From contig JAZJXP010000054.1 of the NCBI GenBank assembly GCA_040390835.1, positions 13,121 through 77,120 on the forward strand: a stretch of 64,000 bases of DNA, read 5' to 3'. This document shows positions 46,912 through 57,177 of this stretch, one piece after another (the stretch's first letter is position 1; every line of letters begins with the position of its first letter). Source of the DNA: Pseudomonadota bacterium (lineage in GTDB: Bacteria; Pseudomonadota; Gammaproteobacteria; Burkholderiales; Burkholderiaceae_D). The notes beneath the pieces are model-generated. The model searched no databases. It saw nothing but the letters and a program-made list of their open reading frames with translations, and was not told the origin of the DNA. A program made the position numbers and the translations under genes.

Positions 46912-48282
46912 ATGCGTCCAACAGATAAATTACTTCGTTTAGTCTCTGGTGGCAGACTGTTGTTTGGCACCACACGCGCTTCCCGCATCGTTTCCGTCTC
47001 CGCACTTTTCTTTGCAGTTTGCGCATTTGGCGCAGTTGGTGTTGCTCCTTTGGCACCAGACGCGTCTGACCTGCCGGTCAAGCGCATCAAAGAAGAACTC
47101 AGCCTGCCTTCACTGGATGATCAGGTCGCCGCACTTGAAGCGGTTGATCAGCAATTCATCCGTGAAGCTACCTTCAAGAGTAGTGAGCAGTTAGCCACGT
47201 TCTTGCAGCGCATAGGTGTGGATGATGATGAAGCGGCACAGTTCATCAAGTCAGACAGTATTGCACGCGGTATCCTGCAATTCAGGGCTGACAAAACCGT
47301 GGCAGTAAAAACGGATGAAGAAGGTGAACTCCTGTGGTTGCAAACAACTGTCTCCGATGGCCCGGACAAACCAGTCAGAAACATCGTCATCAGCCGTGAT
47401 AATAATGGCAAGCTGACATCTTCCGATATCAGCGCCAAGCTGGAAAGACGTGTAGAAATGGCAACAGCCTATATCCGCACTGCCTTTTACCCGGCTGCCG
47501 ATGATGCCATGATCCCGTATAACGTTACCGAACAGGTCAAATCCATGTTCGAGACCAATGTTGATTACCAGCGCCTGCAAAAGGGCGACTATTTCAATAT
47601 TGTCTATGAAAGTTTCTGGCAAAATGGTGAGCGCGTCCGCACTGGCCGTGTGCTGGCGGGTGAGTTCAGCAACTCTGGCAAGATGTATCAGGCTGCCTGG
47701 TTTGAAGAAACTGGTGGCAAGGGTGGCTATTACACCTTTGACGGCAAGTCCCTGAAAAAAGCCTTTTTGAAGTCACCGATAGAATTTACCCGTGTGTCTT
47801 CGGGCTTCTCCATGCGAGTGCACCCTATTTCCGGTCAATGGAAAGCGCACAAGGGCGTAGACTTTGCTGCCGCCACTGGCACACCTATCCGTGCCTCTGC
47901 TGATGGCGTGGTTGATTCAGCTGCCTCCAGCAATGGTTATGGCAACCTGGTGGTGCTCAAGCACTGGAACAACTACAGCACGGCTTATGCCCACATGAGC
48001 CGCTTTGCTGCGGGCATACACAAGGGCAGCAAGGTCAGCCAGGGCGATATCATTGGCTATGTAGGCACGACAGGCTGGTCTACCGGCCCGCATTTGCATT
48101 ATGAGTTCCGCGTCAATAATGAAGCGCGTGACCCCATGAGCATCAATATGACAGAAGCTGCACCGCTGGCAACTGCTGAAATGGCACGCTTCAAAGGCTT
48201 TGCTGGTGACATGAACCATAGGTTCAATCTCCTGCACCCAGAACGCATGGCAGAAGTCATGCGCCTGGCCAAGCGTTCATAA
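46912..48282 (+). CDS. M23-family murein endopeptidase (MepM-like)
   Basis: N-terminal TM anchor. The C-terminal M23 motifs are HKGVDFAA..GTPI.A..DG.V.....NGYGN.V.L.H.....T.YAHM and GTTGWSTGPHLHYE. Confidence 0.88.
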   Translation: MRPTDKLLRLVSGGRLLFGTTRASRIVSVSALFFAVCAFGAVGVAPLAPDASDLPVKRIKEELSLPSLDDQVAALEAVDQQFIREATFKSSEQLATFLQRIGVDDDEAAQFIKSDSIARGILQFRADKTVAVKTDEEGELLWLQTTVSDGPDKPVRNIVISRDNNGKLTSSDISAKLERRVEMATAYIRTAFYPAADDAMIPYNVTEQVKSMFETNVDYQRLQKGDYFNIVYESFWQNGERVRTGRVLAGEFSNSGKMYQAAWFEETGGKGGYYTFDGKSLKKAFLKSPIEFTRVSSGFSMRVHPISGQWKAHKGVDFAAATGTPIRASADGVVDSAASSNGYGNLVVLKHWNNYSTAYAHMSRFAAGIHKGSKVSQGDIIGYVGTTGWSTGPHLHYEFRVNNEARDPMSINMTEAAPLATAEMARFKGFAGDMNHRFNLLHPERMAEVMRLAKRS

Positions 48283-48300
48283 GCGCTAATGAGTTAGGCA

Positions 48301-48834
48301 TTGGGCAATTTTTCAGCAGCTAATGTAATCATACGCAAGGCAGAGACAGCAGATGTCTCTGCCTTGACCGTTTTGATACTGCAAGTCTGGCTTGATACCT
48401 ATGTCAAGAATGGCATCAAAAAATCCATCGCCGACTATGTCTTGTCTGAACTGACAACGGCACGCACCGCAGCTTACCTCGCACAAGACCATACCCATAT
48501 TCTGTTGGCAGAAATTGATGGTCATTTGGTTGGCTATTGCCAGACCCTGAATGGCAAGCGCAATGCCCAGGTACAGGGCGAACATCAGGCCGAGCTTGAT
48601 CATCTTTATGTACATCCGGTTTTTTTTGGACGCGGTATAGGCCGCCAGTTGCTGGCCGAAGCCGAAGAGCATTTGCGTGCGCAAGGCGTGCAGCAAGTCT
48701 GGTTGACAGCCTGGGTGGGCAACGACAAGGCCCTGCGCTTTTATCCGCGTGCCGGATATGCTGACATAGGTGCGACCGTCTTTCGTATGGAAGACGAAGA
48801 AGTCGCCAACAGAATTTTCAGCAAGACGCTGTAA
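48301..48834 (+). CDS. GNAT-family N-acetyltransferase
   Basis: IRKAETADV...LYVHPVFFGRGIGRQLL..AE......G....WL......N..A..FY...G. The start (TTG at 48301) is uncertain. Confidence 0.75.
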   Translation: MGNFSAANVIIRKAETADVSALTVLILQVWLDTYVKNGIKKSIADYVLSELTTARTAAYLAQDHTHILLAEIDGHLVGYCQTLNGKRNAQVQGEHQAELDHLYVHPVFFGRGIGRQLLAEAEEHLRAQGVQQVWLTAWVGNDKALRFYPRAGYADIGATVFRMEDEEVANRIFSKTL

Positions 48835-48888
48835 TAACAAGCCGACTCTTCTATACTCATGCTCATCAAGGCAGAAGTGGGTATCAGC

Positions 48889-50037
48889 ATGGGCACGCAG
48901 CAAGACAAAAACAATCCAGCACAAATCTATATAGGCATGATGTCAGGCACCAGCCTGGATGGTGTCGATGGCGTCATGGTGTGCCTGCCCGATCCGGCTG
49001 ACAAAGCCGATGCAGGTATGCAGATATTGGCTACTGCCTATATCCCGTTTGATGCAGACCTGCGCCAGCAAGCCATGCGCCTGCAACAAGCCAGCGAAAA
49101 TGAGCTGCATCATGAGGCCATGCTGGCAAATGCCCTCGCCAGAACTTATGCCGCCTGCGTCAAAAAACTGCAGGCAGTAGCAGAGGGGCAAACCGTGCAT
49201 GCCATAGGTGTACATGGGCAAACCATACGGCACAGGCCAGAGCTGGGCTATACCCGCCAGACCAATAACCCCTCTTTGCTGGCAGAACTGACCGGTATGG
49301 ATGTGATTGCCGATTTCCGCAGTCGTGACATCGCTGCCGGCGGCCAGGGCGCCCCCTTGGTGCCCGCCTTTCACCGCGCCGTATTTGGACGTGCAGATGC
49401 TTCCAGTGTGGTCGCCAATATCGGCGGTATCAGCAATATCAGTGTGCTGGCAGCAGATGGCACTACCCGTGGTTTTGATACCGGGCCCGGCAATGTCCTG
49501 ATGGATGCCTGGGTGCTGCAACATCAGGGCAAGGCCTATGATGCCAACGGTGACTGGGCCGCGCAAGGTACTGCCATACCCGCCTTGCTGAGTAGTCTTA
49601 TGAATGAGGTTTATCTGCAGATGCCACCGCCAAAAAGCACAGGGCGTGACCTGTTCCATCCGGCGTGGTTGCAAAGTAAGCTACAGGGCTTTGAAACCGC
49701 CCGGCCTGTCGATGTGCAGGCCACGCTATGTGAATTTACTGCGCTGACCCTGGCTAACGATATTGCCCTTCATGCAGCCGATGCTGCACACGTCTATGTC
49801 TGCGGCGGCGGTGCGTTCAATCGCCAGCTCATGCAGCGCTTGCAAGCTTTGCTGGCGGCGCAATCATGCGCAGCGATCGTCAGCAGCACGGACGTACTCG
49901 GCGTCGCGCCTGAACAGGTAGAAGCCCTGGCCTTTGCCTGGCTGGCACAACGCTTTTGCCTGCGTTTGCCGGGGAATCTGGCGGATGTGACGGGCGCAGC
50001 AGGCGGGCGAATTTTAGGTGCTCTATACCCTGCATAG
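48889..50037 (+). CDS. anmK: Anhydro-N-acetylmuramic acid kinase
   Basis: YIGMMSGTSLDGVDGV....HGQT.RH........Q..N...LAE.TG..V..DFR..D.A.GGQGAPLVPAFH: canonical AnmK. Confidence 0.9.
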   Translation: MGTQQDKNNPAQIYIGMMSGTSLDGVDGVMVCLPDPADKADAGMQILATAYIPFDADLRQQAMRLQQASENELHHEAMLANALARTYAACVKKLQAVAEGQTVHAIGVHGQTIRHRPELGYTRQTNNPSLLAELTGMDVIADFRSRDIAAGGQGAPLVPAFHRAVFGRADASSVVANIGGISNISVLAADGTTRGFDTGPGNVLMDAWVLQHQGKAYDANGDWAAQGTAIPALLSSLMNEVYLQMPPPKSTGRDLFHPAWLQSKLQGFETARPVDVQATLCEFTALTLANDIALHAADAAHVYVCGGGAFNRQLMQRLQALLAAQSCAAIVSSTDVLGVAPEQVEALAFAWLAQRFCLRLPGNLADVTGAAGGRILGALYPA

Positions 50038-50182
50038 TTTTGCAGGGTGGACCGTGCACACCGATTCGTATTCATTGTGCATATGTATGTTGTTCATGGC
50101 AAACTCTGCTAAATTCGCAAGCCACAGCCAATCCCAAGTTTCTATACAATAAGCGATCAATATTTACGCTTTTGAGAATTTT

Positions 50183-50833
50183 ATGATGCAACTGATATAT
50201 GTCGCCGACCCCATGTGTTCCTGGTGTTATGGCTTCGGGCCAGAACTGCTGGCTTTTCTTGATACTGTGCCTGACGCAAAAATTGATTTGATCATGGGTG
50301 GCTTGCGTGCCTATAACAAGCAAGTGCTGGATGATGCAACACGCACTACCATCATGGGTCACTGGCAGCAGGTAGCCGAGCGTAGCGGCCTGCCTTTTAG
50401 CGATACCGCCATGTTGCAAGCCGGTTTTGTGTATGACACTGAACCGGCCTGTCGTGCTGTGGTGACAGCGCGCACCCTGACTGACGATGATACCGGGTGG
50501 TCTGCATTGGCAGTCTTCCATGCGGTACAGCGTGGCTTCTATGCCGAGGGACGCGACGTGCGTGATCCGGTGGTCTTGTCTGAACTGGCAGTCACCGCCA
50601 TGAACAAGGTTGAAGGCGGGGGCAGTTTTGATGCCGTCAGCTTTGCCGAGACGCTGGTTTCACCGATGGCAATGTCAGATACGCGCGAACATTTTGAACA
50701 GGCAAAAAACTGGGGTATACGCGGCTTCCCGGCGCTGTTGCTGGTGCATGATGGGGCCCTGCACATGATCGCTTCCGGCTACACTACCCGCGATGATTTG
50801 ATCTCTACCTTTCAACAGCTAACACAACAATGA
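50183..50833 (+). CDS. DsbA-family thioredoxin-fold protein
   Basis: LIYVADPMCSWCYGFGPEL carries the CxxC motif. GIRGFPALLL is also present. 216 aa. Confidence 0.75.
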   Translation: MMQLIYVADPMCSWCYGFGPELLAFLDTVPDAKIDLIMGGLRAYNKQVLDDATRTTIMGHWQQVAERSGLPFSDTAMLQAGFVYDTEPACRAVVTARTLTDDDTGWSALAVFHAVQRGFYAEGRDVRDPVVLSELAVTAMNKVEGGGSFDAVSFAETLVSPMAMSDTREHFEQAKNWGIRGFPALLLVHDGALHMIASGYTTRDDLISTFQQLTQQ

Positions 50834-51765
50834 CGACTAATTTGCACATCACCCCTAAAGCTCCTGTTGCTGCTATCGCCCCAAACGGCCCTGAATTTTC
50901 CCGCATCGTACTCGGCCTGTGGCGGCTCGCCAATTGGCAAATGACGCCGCAGCAAAGAGTGACTTTCCTTGAGCAGGCTCTGGCACTCGGCATCAATACC
51001 ATAGATCAGGCAGACATCTATGGAAATTATGAAAGCGAACAATTGCTGGGTGAAGCCATTGCACTGGCACCGCATCTGCGTAACAAATTTCAGTTCGTCA
51101 GCAAATGCGGCATCAAGCTGGTGTCTGACAATCGTCCTGCCCATGGCATACAACATTACGATACCAGCGCCGCACATATCATTGCATCTGCCGAACAATC
51201 GTTACGTGCCATGCAGATAGAACAGCTGGATTTGTTGCTGATACACAGGCCAGATCCTCTGATGGATGCTGATGAAATGGCAGGCGCTTTCAGGCAGTTG
51301 CAAGACAGTGGCAAGGTCAGGCATTTTGGCGTATCCAACTTTACCAACAGCCAGTTTGAATTGCTGGCATCACGCTTTCCGCTGGTGACCAATCAGGTGG
51401 AGTTGTCCTTGTTGCATATGCAACCGCTGCATGATGGCACACTGGATTTATGCCAGCGCTTGCGCATTGCACCGATGATCTGGTCCGCCCTCGGTGGCGG
51501 CAGTTTATTCCGTCCACTGCATGAGCAAGATGAACGTGGGCAACGCATCAGCGCAGTGCTGGCCCGTATTGCGGCAGAATTTGATGTCAGCCCCAGCACC
51601 ATCGCTCTTGCCTGGATTTTGCAGCACCCATCCAAGCCTTTGGTGTTAACTGGTTCAGGTCGTATTGCTGCCATTGAAGAAGCTGTCAGTGCCACAGGCA
51701 TCAACCTTAGCCGTGAGCAATGGTTTGCTTTGTGGTGTGCCTCAGCAGGTAAAAACGTTGATTAA
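50830..51765 (+). CDS. Aldo/keto reductase family oxidoreductase
   Basis: GIN.IDQADIYG....E..LG.A......R.K...VSK.G....LDLLLIHRPD...GKVRHFGVSNF. The ATGA overlaps the upstream gene. Confidence 0.85.
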   Translation: MTTNLHITPKAPVAAIAPNGPEFSRIVLGLWRLANWQMTPQQRVTFLEQALALGINTIDQADIYGNYESEQLLGEAIALAPHLRNKFQFVSKCGIKLVSDNRPAHGIQHYDTSAAHIIASAEQSLRAMQIEQLDLLLIHRPDPLMDADEMAGAFRQLQDSGKVRHFGVSNFTNSQFELLASRFPLVTNQVELSLLHMQPLHDGTLDLCQRLRIAPMIWSALGGGSLFRPLHEQDERGQRISAVLARIAAEFDVSPSTIALAWILQHPSKPLVLTGSGRIAAIEEAVSATGINLSREQWFALWCASAGKNVD

Positions 51766-51996
51766 AAAACGTCGATCCAACGGACTTCTAAAATACAGTA
51801 AAGCTGTGTCAAAACCATGCCTTTACTGCAAGTCTGTGCATAATAGTATTGCCCAGTGTAAATGCCATTTTGTCGCTTTTTGCTAGCATGGGCGTATTTT
51901 CTGTCTGAATAGACAAATGTTGGTATAGTATTACTGTTCCGGCCGCTAAACCAAGTCTGGCCTGTTTCGTGATGTGATTGCAGAAGGACAGGATTT

Positions 51997-54363
51997 GTGA
52001 CTGTTTTTCAATTCATCCGCAGTAATTTTATGGCGAACTCTTCGGCACTGGGGGAAACCCATCAGTGGCGCGAGCAGGTGTTGTCGGCCATCCTGTTTTT
52101 TGTACTCGCGCTGGGTGGCGCAACTGCCATACCCAGCATTGTGCTAGCAATCAGTGAAAACCTGTGGTCGGTCGTGGTGGTAGATATTTTTGCCCTGGCC
52201 TGGGTCGCCACTGTCTGGCGTTTGCCTTTTTTGAACTATCAGCAGCGCGCCTGGAATTTTTTACTCTTCCTGTATTTGCTGGGTGTCTGGTTCCTCATCA
52301 AGGTGGGCCTGACGGGCTTGATTTATTTGCTGGCTTTTCCGGTGCTGACCTCTTTGCTGCTGAATATGCGGCTATCCATGCTGGCTTTGATATTGTCTTC
52401 CGTCAGCTTGCTGGTGGTGGGCTATATATCTGATTCCAATTTGCATGTCTATGGCTTTGATTCCCACCCCTTCATGCAACTGGTGGTGGTGACCATCAAC
52501 TTCAGCTTTATTGCTGCCGTCATGTCCATCTCTTGCGGTGTGTTGTTGCAAAGGCTGGACAGTTCACTCGAACATCAGCGCGTCATCACCGCTTCGCTGC
52601 AGCATGGGCAAACTTCATTGAAGGCCGCTAACGAAGAATTGCGCCTGATTGTTGCCGCCGTGGCGCGCCTGAATGACATTGTCATGATCATCAAGGTGGA
52701 TATTGATGTAATAGGAAAACGCCGCCTGAAAATCGTCTTTGTGAATGACGCTTTCGTGCGTCAGACGGGTTTCAAAAGCGAGGACGTGATAGACAAATCG
52801 CCCGTTTTTTTGCAGGGCCCGCGTACCCAGGCAGATGAACTCGACAAACTCAATCAGGCGCTGCTGTCTTACGAATCAGTACACATAGAATTGATTTGCT
52901 ATACCCATGACGGTAGTGAATTCTGGATGGAAGCCGACGTCGTGCCACTGGCCGATGATCAAGGCCTGTTCAGTCACTGGGTTGCCACCGGACGCGATAT
53001 CAGCGACCGTAAAAAAGCCCAGGAACATATACACAGGCTGGCCTATTTTGATGTATTGACGGGCTTGCCTAACCGCCGCCTGTTGCTGGACCGCATGAGT
53101 ATCTTGCTGGCGACAGCAAGGCGCAGCAATATGGTCAGTGCCATTCTCTTTATTGATCTTGATCACTTCAAATACATCAATGATGCACGTGGTCATGCGG
53201 TGGGCGATGCCTTGCTGAACCTCGTCGCACAAAGACTGAGCGGCAGCCTGCGTGAGGTGGATACGGTTGCCCATATTGGTGGCGATGAATTCGTCGTCAT
53301 GCTCTGTCACATTTCCAATAATGTGGCGGCCGGTGCCCATGCTGCGCAGGCCGTGGCAGAAAAAATCCGTCATTCGATATCGCAATTTTTTGATATCAAT
53401 GGCCTGCAATACAGCACCACCTGCAGCATAGGCGTGACCCTGTTACCGCGTGAAAACCAGAATTCACACGACTTGCTGCGTGAGGCTGACACTGCCATGT
53501 ACCGTGCCAAGAGCAGTGGCCGCAATCAAATCGCCTTTTACGAAACCGGCATGCAAACTGAGGTCGAGCAAAGACTGACCATGGAAAGGGAATTGGGTGA
53601 AGCCATCTCTGGCGGACATTTGCACATGTACATACAGGCCCAGGTAGACCGTTTGGGTAAACCCGTCGGCGGTGAAATGCTGATGCGCTGGATACATCCT
53701 GAGCGCGGCTTTATCTCACCCGCTTTATTCATACCGGTGGCAGAAGAATCAGGCATGATCTTGCGTCTGGGGGACTGGGTCATGGAACAGGGCTGCCTGG
53801 CCCTGCTGCAATTGCAGGAGGCAGGTTGGGACATCCCCTTGTCAGTCAATGTCAGCCCCAAGCAATTCCGCCAACCGGATTTTGTTGAAAAAGTCAGACG
53901 CGTATTGCGTTACACTGGCGCACCACCAACACGCCTGATACTGGAAGTGACAGAAGGCCTGCTCATCGACAACCTGCAAGACACCATCGCCCGTATGCTG
54001 GAATTGACGACCCTGGGCATACGCTTTTCCATCGACGATTTTGGTACCGGCTATTCCAGTCTCGCTTACCTCAAGCGACTACCTTTGTATGAACTCAAGA
54101 TAGACAAGAGCTTTGTGCAAGATACGCCGGGTGATGCGAATGGCACGGCCATCGTGCAGTCCATTTTATCGATGGCATCGCACCTGGGTTTGCGCGTCGT
54201 TGCAGAGGGGGTAGAGACCAAAGAGCAGGCAGAATTCCTGATCGCCAATGGCTGCGCATCCATGCAAGGCTTCCTGTTCGCCAGACCCATGCCACTGGAT
54301 AAATGGCTGGCTTTGCAGCAGCAGATAGAGCAGTCAGGGAAAGAGAGTAGCAGGGTGGTTTAG
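51997..54363 (+). CDS. Membrane sensor with PAS-GGDEF-EAL domains
   Basis: About 6 N-terminal TM segments and a PAS-like region (FVNDAFVRQTGFKSEDVIDKS...W....V.P). The GGDEF has an REVD I-site. The EAL domain carries EMLMRW, DDFGTGYSSLAYL, KIDKSF and EGVET. Confidence 0.88.
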   Translation: MTVFQFIRSNFMANSSALGETHQWREQVLSAILFFVLALGGATAIPSIVLAISENLWSVVVVDIFALAWVATVWRLPFLNYQQRAWNFLLFLYLLGVWFLIKVGLTGLIYLLAFPVLTSLLLNMRLSMLALILSSVSLLVVGYISDSNLHVYGFDSHPFMQLVVVTINFSFIAAVMSISCGVLLQRLDSSLEHQRVITASLQHGQTSLKAANEELRLIVAAVARLNDIVMIIKVDIDVIGKRRLKIVFVNDAFVRQTGFKSEDVIDKSPVFLQGPRTQADELDKLNQALLSYESVHIELICYTHDGSEFWMEADVVPLADDQGLFSHWVATGRDISDRKKAQEHIHRLAYFDVLTGLPNRRLLLDRMSILLATARRSNMVSAILFIDLDHFKYINDARGHAVGDALLNLVAQRLSGSLREVDTVAHIGGDEFVVMLCHISNNVAAGAHAAQAVAEKIRHSISQFFDINGLQYSTTCSIGVTLLPRENQNSHDLLREADTAMYRAKSSGRNQIAFYETGMQTEVEQRLTMERELGEAISGGHLHMYIQAQVDRLGKPVGGEMLMRWIHPERGFISPALFIPVAEESGMILRLGDWVMEQGCLALLQLQEAGWDIPLSVNVSPKQFRQPDFVEKVRRVLRYTGAPPTRLILEVTEGLLIDNLQDTIARMLELTTLGIRFSIDDFGTGYSSLAYLKRLPLYELKIDKSFVQDTPGDANGTAIVQSILSMASHLGLRVVAEGVETKEQAEFLIANGCASMQGFLFARPMPLDKWLALQQQIEQSGKESSRVV

Positions 54364-54410
54364 CGCAGGAAACCTGTAGGATGCACTTTTATTTTCAAAC
54401 ATCGCCGTAA

Positions 54411-54648
54411 CGTAGGGAGCATTGCAATGCGCCGCATGATGTTCCAAATCCCGGGATAAATATTTGTGCCGCACGTTGAGGCGCACATGCGGCGCAATAT
54501 ATGCGCCCTACGATTATCCCTTTGCCCTTATCACCGTTATTCGCTTGAGCAAGTCGTAGGGTGAGCGGTGCGCACCATTATTTGCATCAATCCATAGCTT
54601 TCAAGAGCATACAAATATTTAAAAAACGGTGCGCATGGCTCACCCTGC
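54411..54648. repeat. Two REP-like inverted-repeat pairs (CGTAGGG... family)
   Basis: The first pair is CGTAGGGAGCATTGCAATGCGCCGCATG (54411-54438) and CATGCGGCGCAATATATGCGCCCTACG (54486-54512). The second pair is CGTAGGGTGAGCGGTGCGCACC (54555-54576) and GGTGCGCATGGCTCACCCTGC (54628-54648). Confidence 0.6.
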
Positions 54649-54664
54649 AAAACGTGCATCACCA

Positions 54665-55552
54665 TTAAACCTGCTGATAAGTCGCCTTCATCCAGTCTAT
54701 AAACAACTGCACCTCAGGCCGTATATTTGCCTGTGCCTCATGCACCAGATAATAAGCATGCGGTGGCGTCGCCAGTTGCGTATCAAACACGCGCACGACT
54801 TCACCCTTGCTGATCATGTCCTGGGCAAATTGCTGGCGGGTCAGGCCTATGCCATGGCCATGCTTGACAGCTTCCAGCAGCAGACCCAGATCATCGACGC
54901 GCAAACCGGTAGTCGGTTCAGGCCAGTCCAGGCCCGCGACTTCAAACCATGGCTGCCAGGGTTCCAGTGCTGAACGCAAGAGTTTTGCATGACGCAAATC
55001 TGCAGGGCTTTGTATGGATGGCAAAGTCTTTAAATAAGCTGGGCTGGCGACGACAAAGCTGGGTTCAATAAATAATTTCTTGGTCACCAGGTTAGGATAT
55101 TCACCCGCACCAAAACGTATCTCCACATCGCTTTCTGACAGGCTCAAGTCATACAGCGGCACAAACAGATAGACTTCAATTTCTATCTCAGGATGTGCCT
55201 CAGTAAAACTGGCCAGGTGTGGCATGAACATATAGCGCGCAAAGGTCGGCGGCACCGTTACCTTGACACGCAACTGGCTTTGCGTGACCTTGTTCGGCAG
55301 CGGAAAATCAGACAAGGTGCGCAAGGCCACGCGCACTACATCCAGATAACGGCGGCCAAATTCAGTCAGCGTGACACTGCGCCCTTCACGTACAAAGACG
55401 CGTTCACACAAATGCTCTTCCAATAAACGTATGCGGTGTGACAGTGCAGAAGGCGTGATGCAAAGCTCCTCCGCCGCCACCGCAAAAGAACTATGCCGCG
55501 CCGCAGCCTCAAAAGCAGATAATGCATGTACCGGTGGTAATCGTGTTGCCAT
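54665..55552 (-). CDS. LysR-family transcriptional regulator
   Basis: The N-terminal HTH is LSAFEAAARHSSFAVAAEELCITPSALSHRIRLLEE. 295 aa, with a typical LysR substrate-binding region. Confidence 0.9.
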   Translation of the reverse strand: MATRLPPVHALSAFEAAARHSSFAVAAEELCITPSALSHRIRLLEEHLCERVFVREGRSVTLTEFGRRYLDVVRVALRTLSDFPLPNKVTQSQLRVKVTVPPTFARYMFMPHLASFTEAHPEIEIEVYLFVPLYDLSLSESDVEIRFGAGEYPNLVTKKLFIEPSFVVASPAYLKTLPSIQSPADLRHAKLLRSALEPWQPWFEVAGLDWPEPTTGLRVDDLGLLLEAVKHGHGIGLTRQQFAQDMISKGEVVRVFDTQLATPPHAYYLVHEAQANIRPEVQLFIDWMKATYQQV

Positions 55553-55669
55553 ACTCTTTCCTGATTTGTTTTATGTAGCGTACTCATGAGCCGACCAAAA
55601 GATCACATGTAAAGCAGGTCATCAAAAGTGAGAATGCAAAACCATCTCAGCACTTTCTTCACTTGATTT

Positions 55670-55704
55670 TCTCTGTGCGATCTCTGTGTCTCTGTGTCTC
55701 TGTG
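55670..55704. repeat. Octamer tandem repeat (TCTCTGTG)
   Basis: TCTCTGTG-cga-TCTCTGTG-TCTCTGTG-TCTCTGTG, read directly from the sequence. Confidence 0.85.
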
Positions 55705-55721
55705 GTGAGTGGTTTTCTCTT

Positions 55722-57143
55722 TCAATCAGCCTCATCCCACGCAATAATCTTGCCGGGATTTAAAATATTCCTGGGATCAAATGCATGTTTGAGCAAACGC
55801 ATCATGTGTATTGCATCTACCCCATGTTCCTCGATCAAAAATCCCATCTTGTGTATGCCTACGCCATGTTCACCCGTACAGGTGCCATCCATGGCAATCG
55901 CCCGCGTCACCATGCGCTGGTTGATGGATTCTGCCACGGCAATTTCTTCTGCACTGTCCGGGTCTACCAGCATCAATACATGGAAGTTGCCATCACCGAC
56001 ATGGCCGATGATGGAATAGGTAATGCCATGGTTTTCACAATCTATCTGGGTTTCGCTGATGCATTCAGCCAGGCGTGAAATCGGCACGCAGCAATCAGTA
56101 GAAATCGAACGTGAACCTGGTCGCAATTGCAGCAGCGCAAAATAGGCATTGTGCCGCGCAGCCCACAGACGGCTGCGGTCTTCTGGCCTGGTGGCCCATT
56201 CAAAATCACCGGCACCATTGGCCGCCGCAATTTCCTGCACCAGCTCCGCCTGTTCTTTCACGCTATGCTCAGTGCCATGAAATTCAAACAGCAGTAAAGG
56301 CTTGACTGGCAGGTTCAGCTTGTCATGCGCATTGATGGCGCGCACGCCATTTGCATCCAGAAATTCTACCCGCGCAATCGGCACACCCATCTGTATGGTC
56401 TGGATAACGGTATTCACCGCATCTGCATTATCAGGGAAGCTGCACACCGCAGCCGAGATGGCTTCCGGCAAAGGATAAAGCTTGACCGTCACTTCAGTAA
56501 TGATACCCAGCGTGCCTTCACTGCCGACAAACACCCGCGTCAAATCGTAACCCGCAGATGATTTCTTGGCACGCGAACCCGTGCGTATGATGCGGCCATC
56601 GGCAGTCACCACCGTCAGCGCCATGACGTTTTCACGCATGGTGCCATAGCGCACCGCATTCGTGCCCGACGCCCGCGTGGCCGCCATGCCACCCAGGCTG
56701 GCATCCGCACCAGGGTCGATAGGGAAGAACAGGCCAGTATCACGGATCTCGGTATTCAACTGCTTGCGGGTGACACCAGCCTGCACGGTAGCCGTCAAAT
56801 CCTCGGCATGTACCGCAATCATCTTGTTCATTTGCGACAAGTCTATCGTCACACCGCCATGCAGGGCCAGGATATGGCCTTCCAGCGACGAACCGGCACC
56901 GTAGGGTATGACCGGCACATCATGCGCGTGGCACAGCTTGACGACCTCAGCCACCTCTGCTGTGCTCTGGGCAAACACCACCGCCTCTGGTGGCATGGGG
57001 TCATAAGAGGATTCATCGCGGCCATGATGCTCACGCACCGCCAGGGCGATGCTGCATCGGTCTTCCAGCAGGGCTTGCAAGGCATGCAGCAAACCGGCGG
57101 GCAGGGGCTTTCTGACACTCGCCAAAATGGCAGGATGGTTCAT
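55722..57143 (-). CDS. FAD-linked oxidase (GlcD / D-lactate dehydrogenase-like)
   Basis: The FAD-binding PCMH-type region is V.PYGAGSSLEGH. The C-terminal region contains GEHGVGIHKM...DP.NILNPGK. The start is either the ATG at 57143 or the TTG at 57194. Confidence 0.85.
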   Translation of the reverse strand: MNHPAILASVRKPLPAGLLHALQALLEDRCSIALAVREHHGRDESSYDPMPPEAVVFAQSTAEVAEVVKLCHAHDVPVIPYGAGSSLEGHILALHGGVTIDLSQMNKMIAVHAEDLTATVQAGVTRKQLNTEIRDTGLFFPIDPGADASLGGMAATRASGTNAVRYGTMRENVMALTVVTADGRIIRTGSRAKKSSAGYDLTRVFVGSEGTLGIITEVTVKLYPLPEAISAAVCSFPDNADAVNTVIQTIQMGVPIARVEFLDANGVRAINAHDKLNLPVKPLLLFEFHGTEHSVKEQAELVQEIAAANGAGDFEWATRPEDRSRLWAARHNAYFALLQLRPGSRSISTDCCVPISRLAECISETQIDCENHGITYSIIGHVGDGNFHVLMLVDPDSAEEIAVAESINQRMVTRAIAMDGTCTGEHGVGIHKMGFLIEEHGVDAIHMMRLLKHAFDPRNILNPGKIIAWDEAD

Positions 57144-57177
57144 AATGCGGTCCGTACTGGTGATGGTGACCTCTATT

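Noticed and set aside
48313-48924. 203-aa minus-strand ORF
   Set aside because: It is antisense to the GNAT gene and to the 5' end of anmK, so it is a shadow ORF.
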